A DNA stretch of 63,647 nucleotides, filler included, from Choristocarpus tenellus KU-1152 (lineage: Eukaryota > Protista > Phaeophyceae): NCBI GenBank assembly GCA_964200185.2. It is 11 parts of 11 records of this genome, joined end to end, with 100 filler letters (N's around TTAATTAATTAA, not from the genome) between each part and the next. Parts side by side here need not be neighbours in the genome. Positions count along the whole stretch, not along the records: positions 1 to 9,402 come from CAXNAD020003707.1; positions 9,503 to 12,505 come from CAXNAD020023008.1; 9 more parts are not named here. The stretch is one strand, 5' to 3'. The notes below the pieces were generated by a model. The model did no database searches and had not been told where the DNA came from. It saw only the letters and a program-made list of their open reading frames with translations. Both the position numbers and the translations under genes were made by a program. Positions 1 through 12,605 of the stretch are shown in pieces; the first letter of the stretch is position 1; every line of letters starts with the position of its first letter.

Positions 1-119
1 GGTGATGTTGATTTCTTGCGTGGGAGGGCTAGTGTAAGTGCACTTTCCTGGTTATGGCCCAAAATGGACCCCCTAGTATAGCCCCCCCTCCCCCCCCCTC
101 CCCCCAGATACTTTGGTTC
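1..119. mobile_element. MITE family 2, truncated copy
   Basis: Ends CCCCCAGATACTTTGGTTC and shares internal AAGTGCACTTTCCTGG / CCCAAAATGGAC with copies at 9514-9679 and 60095-60275 (opposite orientation). Confidence 0.7.
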
Positions 120-3114
120 CAACCCAATCACATCTACACCCAGTCAAGCACCAACAAAACAAATCTTCGAGCCTCCACACTCTCCTTGCTCTTACTTCCC
201 CACTTCATCCACGACATGTCACTCACAACACTATTTGTCTGTGTTACCACCTGAGCTGTCTCATGCGCTACAATGGTACATGGTATAAACATTGAAGTAG
301 AAACACATACACCAAATACGCCGATGGTGCCACTTACAGTAGTTAAAAAGTGCAGCAATAATAGAAAGAAACACAGTAATTAAAATAACACTACTTTGCA
401 TTACTCCCCACCCAAATCACCACGTAGACACACGACTCCAGCCATCCCAACACCATGGCCCTACCACTTATGGTAGTGTTGGTATTTGAACAATCTTCTT
501 CCTGCTACTCAAAAGAAAAAAAATGAGACTATTTTCTAACCTAAAGCCAACAGCAACAGTAAAACACCTCTTCCCAAAATACGACAAAGTAGTTCTCCAC
601 CTTTAGCACAGTTGTGCACGAAAAAACACTTCTACAGTAGAATACAACGAAATCCCGCATAGGGCTAAAAAAAAGAGATACAAGACACACCCCGTCCCCA
701 TCCCACACAGCTCCCATCACTCTCCACCCTACATCATGCCCCCCTGGCCAACATTCATGGGGCTAAAGAGCGGCGAGCCAACTCCGCTCTTAGCTCACGA
801 AGCTCACGATCCTTTTCCATCAGCTCAGCTCTAAGTCGCTTCGGATCTGTATCACACACACCATCCCAACCAACCCTCACCTCCTGTAACCCTCCCTCTT
901 CCCCTGCCAAAATTTCATTATTTTCACCATAGTTCGTGCTTGTGCATATCCCATCCCTTCCCCTCTTCAAATGGGGGTGACTGGTATCATTTACACAGAT
1001 ACCACTCTCCAACATCTGTCCTCTGTTGACCTGAATTGGAGGCGAGTCTTGCTGCTGAACTTGATGACAATATGGTGAGTTGTGATTCGACACCAAGCTT
1101 ACATGTGGTGCGTCTCCACCAGTGGTAGCCAGGCCACCCTCATCAGGGCCAAGACCACCAATGCTGCTGCTGCTGCTCTCGTCTACCGAATCTGCGATAG
1201 CACAAACCGCGATGTCCATGCTTCTCATAGAATGCTTCAGGCGCCACATATCCCTGCGCAGACTCTGTTGTGGAGATATTGGGCAAATGCAATATTAGGG
1301 GGGAGGAAGGTGGTGATAGGGGAAACCAGGGAAGTACCAGATATACCGCATCAGAGGCTTCTACTGCTTTGAAGTTCTAAGTAATTGATACTACATTATG
1401 GTGGTGAACGAGGGAGGCACTGTAGACCGGTCTTGAGAGTGAAAAACTCCTTCATATAGAGGGAGGGTCCCCTACCAAGCCGATATAACGCAAAAAAAAA
1501 ATGTTCGCATGTCTCTTGATTGAATCTTGGTTCACTCACGCCTTCCAAGGGCTGTGGCAAACTTGAAGGGGCGAGATGCAGCTTTCATGAAAGAAAAAAA
1601 AAGTTCATCCATTGGGTGTCAACATCTTCACAAGTTGTGGGTGGTGCACCGGTCCAATTGGCTATAATGCATTGGAAAACGGGCTTTAACACCTCCAAAT
1701 TCTTTGAAATCGTTTTGCACCACTCTTACCCTATGGTGCATGGAATGAGAGGAGGTGCATTATGAAAGGAAGCTCACACATAGGGCTTATGATGGGGGGA
1801 AGTGAACCAAGGTATCACCTTGTGCCATAGGGATGTTGTTGGCTCGTCAAAGGATCTCCGACAAGCTCATCAAGGGGCTGGGTTGTTGATGTTGTCCTCA
1901 ACTAGATGTACACCTGATGGGTGCCTACCAACCACTTGCATGTGTTCCTTCTTGAGTTATGGCATTCATGAAGTCAATCATGGTATGATTTGGTGATCAA
2001 ACCACTGAGAATCATGTGCATGAGTGGAGGGGGCCAATTGAGCCCGTGTGCTTCTGAGGGCAATGCCCCTGAAATGGACTCATTTGTTCTACAATGTATT
2101 TTAGCCTATCTTGCGCAGAGAAGATGCATGTCCATCTCTTGTGGCAGGGAGCATAGATGTGAGTCACGGGATCGCTTAGGAGTGCTCAGGACATCTAGAA
2201 CCAAGTTCAAAAGTGGAGGAAACTGCTGGGTTATGATGACCAGCAGTACCTACCTACAGCTTAAAGACACCACTGGTGAGCCCAATATGTACCAGACACG
2301 TTGCTCGCCAACTGTTTATTAATTTGTAGAACTCGATAAAAAAGAATGAGCAATAGTCTGCCCCCATGCTTCACCCAGACCCATACTACCATACCACTTT
2401 CAGGTTGAGGGAAAGTGCTGCAGGTGTAGGTGTACTTAACAAATGTACGTTTCCATCCTACCTAAATACAGAGTCCTGTGGAGGATACAGAGGGGACTAA
2501 TGGGTTGGTATGAACACAAAGTTTCTGGACTGTGTTTCTTTCCTGTTGGTGGAAAAAAATGGAATGTCACTGTTCACACCATTGCATTAAAACTGTTTAA
2601 AAATAAATAAATAATACTGTTTCAAACCGACGGGCTCAGATTGGCAAGTTTGAAACATCACACCTACTCCTCATCCAAATCCAGGTCTAGATACGAATCT
2701 GTGACTACAGCTAGACACCAACTTACTGCTACCACATTAATATCGATTGATCAATGGGTGAAGTATAGCAATATTGTGAAAGGGGGGGGAGTGAGAACAA
2801 CCTTGCGACTTGCGGCGAGGTCTAGGATGCCAAGGGAGCAGATGAGACAGATAAGGACCGCAAAAGGCTCGCATCTGTTGTGTGATCCTTTGCACACCTT
2901 GCACTTCAAGTACTCCAAAATATCGCCAACAAAACAACTCACACCTCACAACTACACCAACCAGGATGTTTGCACTTGTTGAGTCTTACATCTCTCAAAG
3001 AAGCACTTCCCGAATAGATGCATGTGTCTGATCATGATCTCACTGCCTCGATCAGTCTCCCCCACCAAAAAACCTGCTACACAGCACGTTTTTTTTTCAT
3101 CGATGTGAACCTTT

Positions 3115-3170
<56 letters not shown>

Positions 3171-3440
3171 NNNNNNNNNNCCCGTTTTTTTTTCCTCCAT
3201 GTGACCCTTTCCCCCCCCCCCCCCCCCCTCCTCCCTCCATCACTAAAATCTCAGAACATCAATACAACTACCATAAGAGAAGAAATGTTGATATTGTATA
3301 ATCCACTAATATTTCCTGCTGCACCTTGTCCCCACCTTTGGATCTCATGTACTGGTGTTTCATAAGAGAAATCCAGTTTGAGCAACAATTGCAAAGGTTA
3401 CAGGTGTGTGCCTACCATTTTGTTCTTTCCATAGGAGTAC

Positions 3441-6400
3441 TTAGCACACACTTTGATAAATCTTGACAGTCGCCAATAAACGGGAAAAATAATTAAATAC
3501 CTCTATGAAACAAATCAGTACAGCATAGTGGGGTAGGGAATGATAGAAACTCCTTACAGTGTCAGGGTCATAAGTCCAAAAAAGATTCAAAATGTCATAG
3601 CTCCATTCACAATTGTGCCACCTATATTCCCAATCCGCTTTGGCAGAGAGACTTAAAATGCCTACTACGTCGAGTATTGTAAGGCCATAAAAAGAAAATG
3701 TCACATTGATTTTTCCCTTTTGAAGAGTAGTTAGGAATGGCAGTGGGTGCTCTGTTGCCCTCAAATAAGGTCCCATCACATTTACTGGAGACATAACGCC
3801 CTCTTCAGTCGAAGTACACAGTATGAGGAATAATAATAATAATAATAATAATGTGGGACTGCAACACGAAGGAAGCTGGTAGGCACAAGGGTCAAATATG
3901 TCCAGTGCAATTTTCTGGATCTTTCGGATAGAAATGTACGATAGATATGCCTTTCAAGGTCAGTGATCGGTCTAGATCATTGTTAAACTACAACTTCACT
4001 GAAGTTGTAGTGGGAACAACACATTTCAGTAACTACTTGTAAAAAGTTTAGACACACGGTCTCAGCCACAGGGCACAGAGCAGTACTCACAGCAACGGAG
4101 AGACGGTTCTCATAAGAAGGCACACTTTATCGATTCTTGAGCAATCAAGAGGCCGAAAATCAAAACAATCCCTCCCTAAGTTTTTCTTTTTTAGAACTTG
4201 AACGGTTTTTTTTTTTTCTGTTTTTTCCTGAAATCAAAATTCAGATGTACAATTGGACTAGACTTGGAATACAAATGTTTTAACACGACTCTTGGTCGTT
4301 GGCTATTTAAAAATAAAACATACAACAATCCTCTGCAAACTGCTGCGCCATTCCTTTAACTTTGCCACTATGTGAAAAAAGCTTCAATATTTCCCACCTA
4401 GCAATATTTATACTATCAATTGCACACAAATTGCAACTGATGCATCCCTCGCAAGGTCTATGAACTCCATACCCTTTAACAGCTCAGGACCCTGCCTGGC
4501 TGCTCGTAGAATGGGACTTCATACATTGTGGTTGGGAGCACATAAATATATTCACAGTGCAGTGGCATCTAGAGCCCCAGCAAGTCCCTGGTCAAACACG
4601 AAAGCCAACCCAAAAATAAAGGATCAGGTTGGAGAGGAAAGGTCAATCAATGAGAATCCTTACCCAAGACTCCTCAGTCCATGGCTGAAGAGAGGCACTC
4701 AACTACATGAAGACATCCTACACTATCAGGCTTCACTGTGGTTTGACACCAAAAATTGCCCTTTATTGCACAACCCGCAGATGCCAACAGTTCCCATCCC
4801 ATCATCAGAGCATGTTTCACAGAAAGGCGAGGCCTTACTTCTACATACAGGGCACTTGAGCGCCCCTGCTTCTTGCTCCCACCGCCAAGTTCCGCAATAC
4901 TACCCACAGTCACTCTACACTTTGGATGTTCAGGTATGGCCAAAAATCGGTACTCAGTAGAACTAGGACTATTCTGGCTGATGCCGCTGCTGTTTCTCCT
5001 GCTGCCCCCATCCTTCCATATGAGCAACGATATGCCATGCTCTCTGTGAAAGCTCGGGGAAATAGACTATAACTTCTTATCTGTTCCAAGCCAGATAGGT
5101 ATCCATCTCAGTCATGCCCAACCAATATTGTGGCAAATACTTGGTGGGACCAGTACTTTTTGTGCCGTACTTCCTTCAGACCTTTGACAAAGCCCTCCAC
5201 TTCTAAATACTTATCTTGGTACTCCAGGTATCCATCCCCACGAACCTCATTCCCCACAGCATCAGCATTCAATGCAAATGTCAAGATAAGGTCCCTGAAG
5301 CGTGAGTTACTTATATCCATCCCACGAACCTCATTCCCCACAGCATCAGCATTCAACGCAAATGTCAAGATAAGGTCCCTGAAGCGTGAGTTACTTCATG
5401 ACACAGCACATAACAGAAGTCGTCCATAGCGCTGGATTCAAACTGCACTCTTACCCCAATAACTTGACTATCTCTCATCCATGCTTGAAATGCATGTCAT
5501 CCAAACAAACGTATCCCAGATGTCAGTGGCACTTGCATGGCGTCTTCTAGGTCTCAAGCGACTGTCTGTCATGCTACCATCTCATTGACCTAGTCCTCAG
5601 GGGAAAGTTGGATTATCCGATCACCTCCTTTTTCTATTGACTTTCAAGTCCTACACTCCCACAACACCAGACTCCACCTCTTGACAGTTTTGTAGTTAGT
5701 GACATCACCCCAACACATCGTACTTGAACAGTGGGTTCTTCTTCATGCTCCCTCTGACAAGAATGAACTCATTGACTCCCCATCAACTACTTCCCCAATG
5801 CTCGACCCGTTCCATAAAGCGCCAGGCTCCTCGTGACTGCCCTCCCTCTTCATCTGCACCATCCTCACCAGAGTCCGTACCTCCCCCAACATTCGAACTA
5901 TTCCCAAATCGTAATGGAGAGGTCTTTCAATTTTGGTCCCTCTTCTAAATCTGAACAAGACTCAGCTTCAACTTGGATCATCGAACTGGTTGGATTCCCT
6001 TTTTCAATAAAAACACCATCCACACCAAGGATCACCACCCACCTGTGGTACTTAACCCTGACCTTGAAGGTCTGCCAAACAACTCTCTTGACCCAGGACA
6101 TCGCCTTTGGTGCTCGAGACTTCTCATGCGACTAACTATAACATGACTACCTTAACGTCCATGCCAAGGAGTGTATGGGACACATTCACCTTCAACCCTT
6201 CAGTTCTTTTCACAGCAGATGAGTTCCCGAAATAGATTTCAATCTCTTGTACCAGGGACACAGAACAGCCCACCTGAACTGGTACGTATATAATTACATC
6301 AACTTCGTATCTCCAAAAGGATACATGACTTGAGCTACAAATGCAAGAATAATGATTCATACACACTTTAAAACCTAGTAGTGTTTTTTTTAGAGGTCAA

Positions 6401-9249
6401 AATGCCATCTTCATGTTAAAAGCACTACTGCTTCTGCCATGCATGCTACAAATGGGTTACACTTATCAATAGTCAGCACTCAGTGTTTTGATTATGCCAT
6501 TCACTATCTCTCACACAGCGGCACATGCATCCAGTGAAGGCTGAGCTGACTTTCCATGGGAAAAACAGGCGAAAGAGAAAAGAAAGGTGATCACTGTCAA
6601 ACCACAAAGACCAGCAAGAGCACCTGTAGCAGCATAGGACCACCCCCATCAAAATCATATCAATCCTGGTACTCTAGTAGAAAAATGCTTCTTTCAGTAC
6701 TGCTTCCCCTCTTCCACTGAACTTGCCCATTGATTCAATGGTCGAAGCAGACCACCTCCACCGGCACCCTCACAGGTGATGTACCTTAATCTTCCAAACC
6801 AACTCTTTCATAGCCAAAGTAGACCTTTTTAGAGAGGTGTGAAGGAAGCAATCTCCCTCCTGATGACCTCACCCACTTCCAACGATAACACTCTGCTACC
6901 AGTGGCCAACCACTTTGCCTGAAACGTTGGTCAGACCCATTTGAATGATATAGAGATGGCGATGCTGCTTGTGGGGGAAGCAACCAGGAACTGCCACCCC
7001 AACATCTACGCCACACACACCGGTGCCAGTGCTGCCGCCCTCAGCCATAACTGGGAATGGAATTCTCACACTACAGGTCAATAGACTTGACGATGCCTCC
7101 TAGTTCTCATTCCGCCATGCTTCATGTATGCTCTATGCCAATTGCCATACGGCGGTTGTGTCCAATGGTGGTGTCAAAGTTGTCATGCTCCAAGATGTTG
7201 AAGATTTCTGTCCCTTCACTCATATAATACACAACAAAAAATACCATGTACTCACTACTATGTTATAAGCACCCAACACGATGAAATAACCCTATGTCTC
7301 AGAACGATTCTGTCCAAAGCATGCATTATATATGTTTGTATGTAACTGTTAGCAAAGCGCCACTGCCGTGCGTTATCCAATGGCAATGTTATCCACAGGA
7401 TGTAAACAGGCACTGCTTGGTCATTTTCTTGAGCCTGGAGATAATGTTCGATATGCCCTCCTTTCAACAACTATCAAACTATCCATCTCCAGCCCTATGT
7501 GAACACTGCTCTTGATGAAATGATATGAGCGTTCTTCAAAACACCCAGCATAATGAAAACCATATGCCTACTATTTCACAAACTCCACCTGGGATTCCTC
7601 TTCCTCATGGCATAAAACCCACAATTAAAATTTCAGGTTCAAAAGTCGAAAACGTTGTATCGCTTCTGTTGGGACTCTCTTCAACCCTCATTGGTATCTC
7701 TACCTGAACGTGGTAAGAACTGGACAACATATAGTGTTCTTCCATCACTGAATGGCGCTCTGTAAAATTTAAGAGTTGCCCTGTCAAGCGAGATGGTACA
7801 ACAAACTTGAACCCTAAGGCTTTACAGTGCTCTATATCAACACCACAACATTGGCCTGAGATGCCACCTAGTTCAAGTAGTATTACAGTTGCCTGATCCT
7901 TCATTTGCCTTGTTTCAGTGGTTTCCAATCAGGATATCCACCTATGATTGTTGAGGTTGCTACATGGCAAAAGCGTGCTCCTCGTACTGCATGACTCTGT
8001 TAGGCAACCGAGTTCCAGCTCCGTAGTACTCTGTAGCACAACAAAATTACTCTGGAAGGCTCTGAGGACACATTGAATACACAGCAGTCCCAGTACAGTA
8101 TATCGAATAGAGTATATACTAACCACATCACAAAACAATTACAATCAATACATCCCAAATAGCAATATATCCAAACAGTGTGTCCTGTGCCTGGGGCTAG
8201 AGGAAGATCAAGGAGAATGGTACAACTATCTACTGAGATGTTCTAAAGCTGAATCGATTCTAAGGTATCTGACACATTCAATACCTAAATCAAAGTGTTT
8301 CCAGTCAGTCTTTGACAAGTATGAAGTCCAACTAATTTTTACATTGATCAATTTTACTGCTTTTGGCCCTAGGTTAGGGTTAGGGTTGGACATTATATGT
8401 CCCAGGTATTATACCCTTCCCAAATATGGTCTTGCGCTACCCAATATATTATTATTATTGTTCCATTTAGCAATTATTATATCCGTTGAGAGCATAATTA
8501 CCTTGCCTCTACTGTCGTGAACAGGTGACTTATCCCACAGACAACTCACTGAGTTAACAAAATACACAAGAGATCTATAACTGACTACTTTAAATAGTTC
8601 CAAAAAATGTACACAACTCTAACCTGTAGATTTTGATTGAATCAATCTATACATCCAAATATTTCCATGATACAGACTAAGTTCCTTTCATGCAGAACTC
8701 AATAATGTGTCAACATTTCAGCTAGTGGACACAAGTACACCTCTAAATGAAGGCACAGATCATGGACTCAACCACAAATCAGAACATATCTTTCCGATGG
8801 TCAGCACAAGGAAAACAAGCCCACCCCACAAAAAACCCCTTCCTGATCATTCATCAACCCACCTTAACCTCTGTATAGAGATTGTTGTCAGGATCATCCG
8901 GATCTGGAACATGCAATGATGCACACATTTTCATGAACTCATCATCTTCCACCACTCCCACTGCTCCTGAATTGCCACCCCCATCACCAACAATCCAGCA
9001 GGCATCCAGGCCTGGGACTCCCAGATTCACAGGAGGCACTGCCACCAATCTTGCTCCGGCCGAGTCTACAGTCAAATGGTCAAGGTCAACAGCTGCAGCT
9101 GCAGCTGCTGCTGAGAGGTCCACATCGGCAACTTCCGGGTAGCCCAAAACTTGGCCATTATCAGCATTGAGGGAGAGCAATCCTCCTTCCATCTGTAGAT
9201 GCTCTTCCTGCTTGGAAGCAAGAACTCTACGAATTTCATCTTTCACTGT
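3441..9249 (-). pseudogene. Large degraded intron-containing gene, possibly a divergent eukaryotic RdRP-like relic
   Basis: Chain of minus-strand ORF fragments (8854-9246, 8409-8603, 7605-8138, 6136-6366, 5898-6101, 5108-5368, 4674-5027, 3441-3794) with stops, frameshifts and some GT-AG junctions. Family call rests on weak motif order only; the fragments may not all be one gene. Confidence 0.35.
5229..5396. repeat. 85/84-bp tandem duplication
   Basis: TATCCATCCC(C)ACGAACCTC...GCGTGAGTTACTT occurs twice (starts 5229 and 5314); NSRFRDLILTFALNADAVGNEVRG is duplicated in translation. Confidence 0.95.
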
Positions 9250-9513
9250 CTATTGATCAGAAGATTCAGAAATATATATATATATATATATATATAGCAC
9301 AGTAAAGACAAACGAAAGAGACAGGGGATAGGGTGTACACAGAATCTTGAGGGGTACAAGGAGGGGGGGATTCGATTTTTTTTTTTTTCGTTGAAGGCAA
9401 GCNNNNNNNNNNNNNNNNNNNNNNNNNNNNNNNNNNNNNNNNNNNNTTAATTAATTAANNNNNNNNNNNNNNNNNNNNNNNNNNNNNNNNNNNNNNNNNN
9501 NNTGTGATACAGT

Positions 9514-9679
9514 GGTGAAATAGTATATCTGGGGGAGGTGGGGGGGGGTCCACACCAGGGTGTCCATTTGGGCCCTGACCAGGAAAAGTGCACTTACTTT
9601 ATCCACCTGAGACATGCAACCAAGTCACCCAAAAATCGCGACATAATAAAATGCCCCCCCCCCCCAGCTACTTTGAGCC
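9514..9679. mobile_element. MITE family 2 copy (~165 bp)
   Basis: ATCTGGGGGAGG...CCCCCAGCTACTTTGAGCC ends; interior aligns to 60095-60275 (GTGTCCATTT, AGGAAAAGTGCACTT, CACCCAAAAATCGCGACATAA). Confidence 0.8.
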
Positions 9680-10769
9680 AATCATGATTATATGACTTCA
9701 AGGCCGATTAGAAGGGGGGGTGATGTAGAAAGGATGTTTGTCTGTTATCCTTTATTATTGCCGTATGCCATGCACCGTTATTCCGTTATACCGATTGAGG
9801 TGTCCTTGACAGGAGTTTCTGATTCCAGTGGAGAATCTTCCATATAATCAAGGTGGGGAATTTTATGCAAGAATCCAATCCCACAAGTAATACACATCCC
9901 TGTAACCAGATATATGCATCAATTGGGGAATTTTGTGATGATTCCCCTTTCGTAAGATTTTCATCACTCCACAATGTTTCTGGAAGTCCTTGCAGTCTTG
10001 CACTTGTCCAACCTTGACCTTGTCCGTTCAGTTACGGTTCGTTTTGGTCTGTCTAAGTCTGTCGATTCTTTTCTGTAGGGAAAGACAACAATCCAACCAT
10101 TCATATCATTACTATTATATTTTTATATTCTGGACACACAGGTACAACGTTTATAGGCTTACCCCATTCATAGAAATTAGTCCAACCCTACCTCTAAAAA
10201 TAGAAAACATTTAACCAGAATATATTGCATACTTCCAAATGTGAGTAGTTGGGGTTACCCTCTGAGCCCGGGCACCTACGTGCCCAGTAAGCCTATTTGC
10301 ATACTCCTACCCTCTATGCCACGAACCTTTCTTTATTTACTTGCCTAGTAGTGTGTGCCGTCAAACAAATGAAAATAATTGTCCCACAACCATCACCATA
10401 CACTAGATATCAACTATGTTAATCATTGTGATGATTTTAACTGCCTTGGGGAGGGGGCGCCTCCTGTCTAAGCCTCATTCAAGCAGCTCGAGGCAGAAGA
10501 GTATTGTCTTCCATGTTTAAAGTCGACAGAATAGAAGACACCTTCACAGATTGGATAACCTCAGATCCAATATGCACATCTTATTGTGTGGGTGAGAAGT
10601 TCAAACGGTAGTGACTGTAGCATGATGAACGCAACCATTGTCACATAACTTTATTTTCCTACCTAAAACATCATTTCTACTAGAAATACTACTACTACAA
10701 CACCCCTTCCCTCCCTCCACATAAGAAGATTACGTAGCATTAACCATACTCTAGGAAAATCTACTGTTT

Positions 10770-11028
10770 GAGTGAAAGCATCTCAGAGGGCACGAATGTT
10801 GCCCTGTTTATCAATTTGGAGCTTCGCTTCCCTCGGGGTCTCTTACGACATTTTCCTACTCCAAAACGTTTTGGAGTAGGTAAAATGTGTACGTTAAGAA
10901 AAGGTGTGTCCGGAACAAGGATATAGATACTTCCTAATAAACACAATAGCTAAAATTATATCAAAATCGCAACATTGGATATTGACCCCCAAACGGACGC
11001 TGCTCTACCCTCTAAGATACTTTAACTT
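10770..11028. mobile_element. MITE family 1 (Sola2-like) copy A
   Basis: GAGTGAAAGCATCTCAGAGGG...ACCCTCTAAGATACTTTAACTT; flanks GTTT/CTTT (1 mismatch); perfect central palindrome at 10855-10880. Confidence 0.9.
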
Positions 11029-12605
11029 CTTTTATTCAAACACTTTTTTTCAGCAATTGATTTCATTATCCAAGACCTCTCCTTCCAGTGTTATCAATGT
11101 CCTTCTAGTCACGCCCAGGCATCTGACACGCCATTGGTCAGGGAGGTGATGGAAATGCGCCAGACATTAGCAGACTAAGATTTGCAAGTGGACGCCGAGG
11201 GTGTATGTTCCACATTTTTTACGATCTGGGGACGAATACGGACACTCACAAACTCCCTTTCAGCTTGAAAGTTCATAGGGAATTGATCTGAGTATATGCC
11301 ACATAGATACAGACGAAAGGGAGCCGGCCCCTTGCCTGCTTCACCAGGTTGGAGAATGTGTACTCTGACAACCTCCACCCATATCAGTGGGAAAGCCTGC
11401 ACTAGTGCCAGATATTATTCGTCAAGAATGTGGTGATTTTGAACATTTTGCTCACATTCAGAAAAAGGCAGGCAAGTGATAATCTGGTGCCAAGGGTGTT
11501 TAAGGTCCATAATACATTCATTGCAAATGTACATTTCTTTAGACAGAAAGTAGTGGTCCTAATGGAATGTATATATTGTACTTGTATATAATATGCCTCA
11601 CCTTCCCCTTACTACCCCTCCTTATATTGGAGGTGGGTGCCATTTTCCTCCTTATCTTACTGACTGGACAGTTGCCATGATAAATTTACCTTTTCCTGCT
11701 GTTGTCCTTTTTCCTAAGCATCTTGTGTAAGTTTTTTTCAATGATAAGTTCATTAACAGTAACATGAACATGGCATTTTCCCTGCCATAAAAAGACACAT
11801 TAATATCATTATTTGTATGTAGTGTTTGAGGTCCAGCCTACAGGACCAAAAATTCAATTGCCCAATACATCTAGGTAACAGTGATGGTGCTTCCGATTGT
11901 TGTAGGGAATTTATCCGGTTTACAAACATTGCACAGGATGAATCTCAAATTATTATTCTCTCCCCTACTAATTAATACTCTGGACTATATTGTCACATGT
12001 AAATGGTCTGCCAAGAAACTAAAGTTCACCTCCCTCCCATCAAACCTCAAATTACGTACAATAATCTACGTTTCTAAATATCATCAGGAAGTCGATGCCC
12101 TAACAGACACTCTTGACAGTAATTGTGACAACAAAATATTCATCAAACATGCTGCTACGATTCTACTGATACATCCTGATGTACATGGCTGCAGATTGAC
12201 CCCCTCGAAAAACCACAACATTGTCACATGAGGAATATCCATTATTTCCAATAAGGGTAAAACAAACAAATGCTGCCACTTGCAAAAATCTATTTAACGA
12301 CTTTGCACCCTACACTTCAATTCCTAACATCATAGCTTGTTAGGATCCAAAAAAAGCAATGCACTACATGTCTCACATCCGTTCCTGTTTGGGACAAGGT
12401 TAAACCCACTTAGGTAAACTGATAGACGCTCATGGCATCAAATCCACCACATGTTTCAGAGGTATTACCACTGCAATCGAAGTCACAGCTAGATGATGTT
12501 CCACTNNNNNNNNNNNNNNNNNNNNNNNNNNNNNNNNNNNNNNNNNNNNTTAATTAATTAANNNNNNNNNNNNNNNNNNNNNNNNNNNNNNNNNNNNNNN
12601 NNNNN

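Noticed and set aside
755-2340. Possible retroelement relic at the start of contig 1
   Set aside because: Coding-like fragments, but no diagnostic motif could be reconstructed.
9786-12269. ORF fragments on contig 2
   Set aside because: Short, stop-riddled and without a recognisable family; noted only as probable decayed coding DNA.
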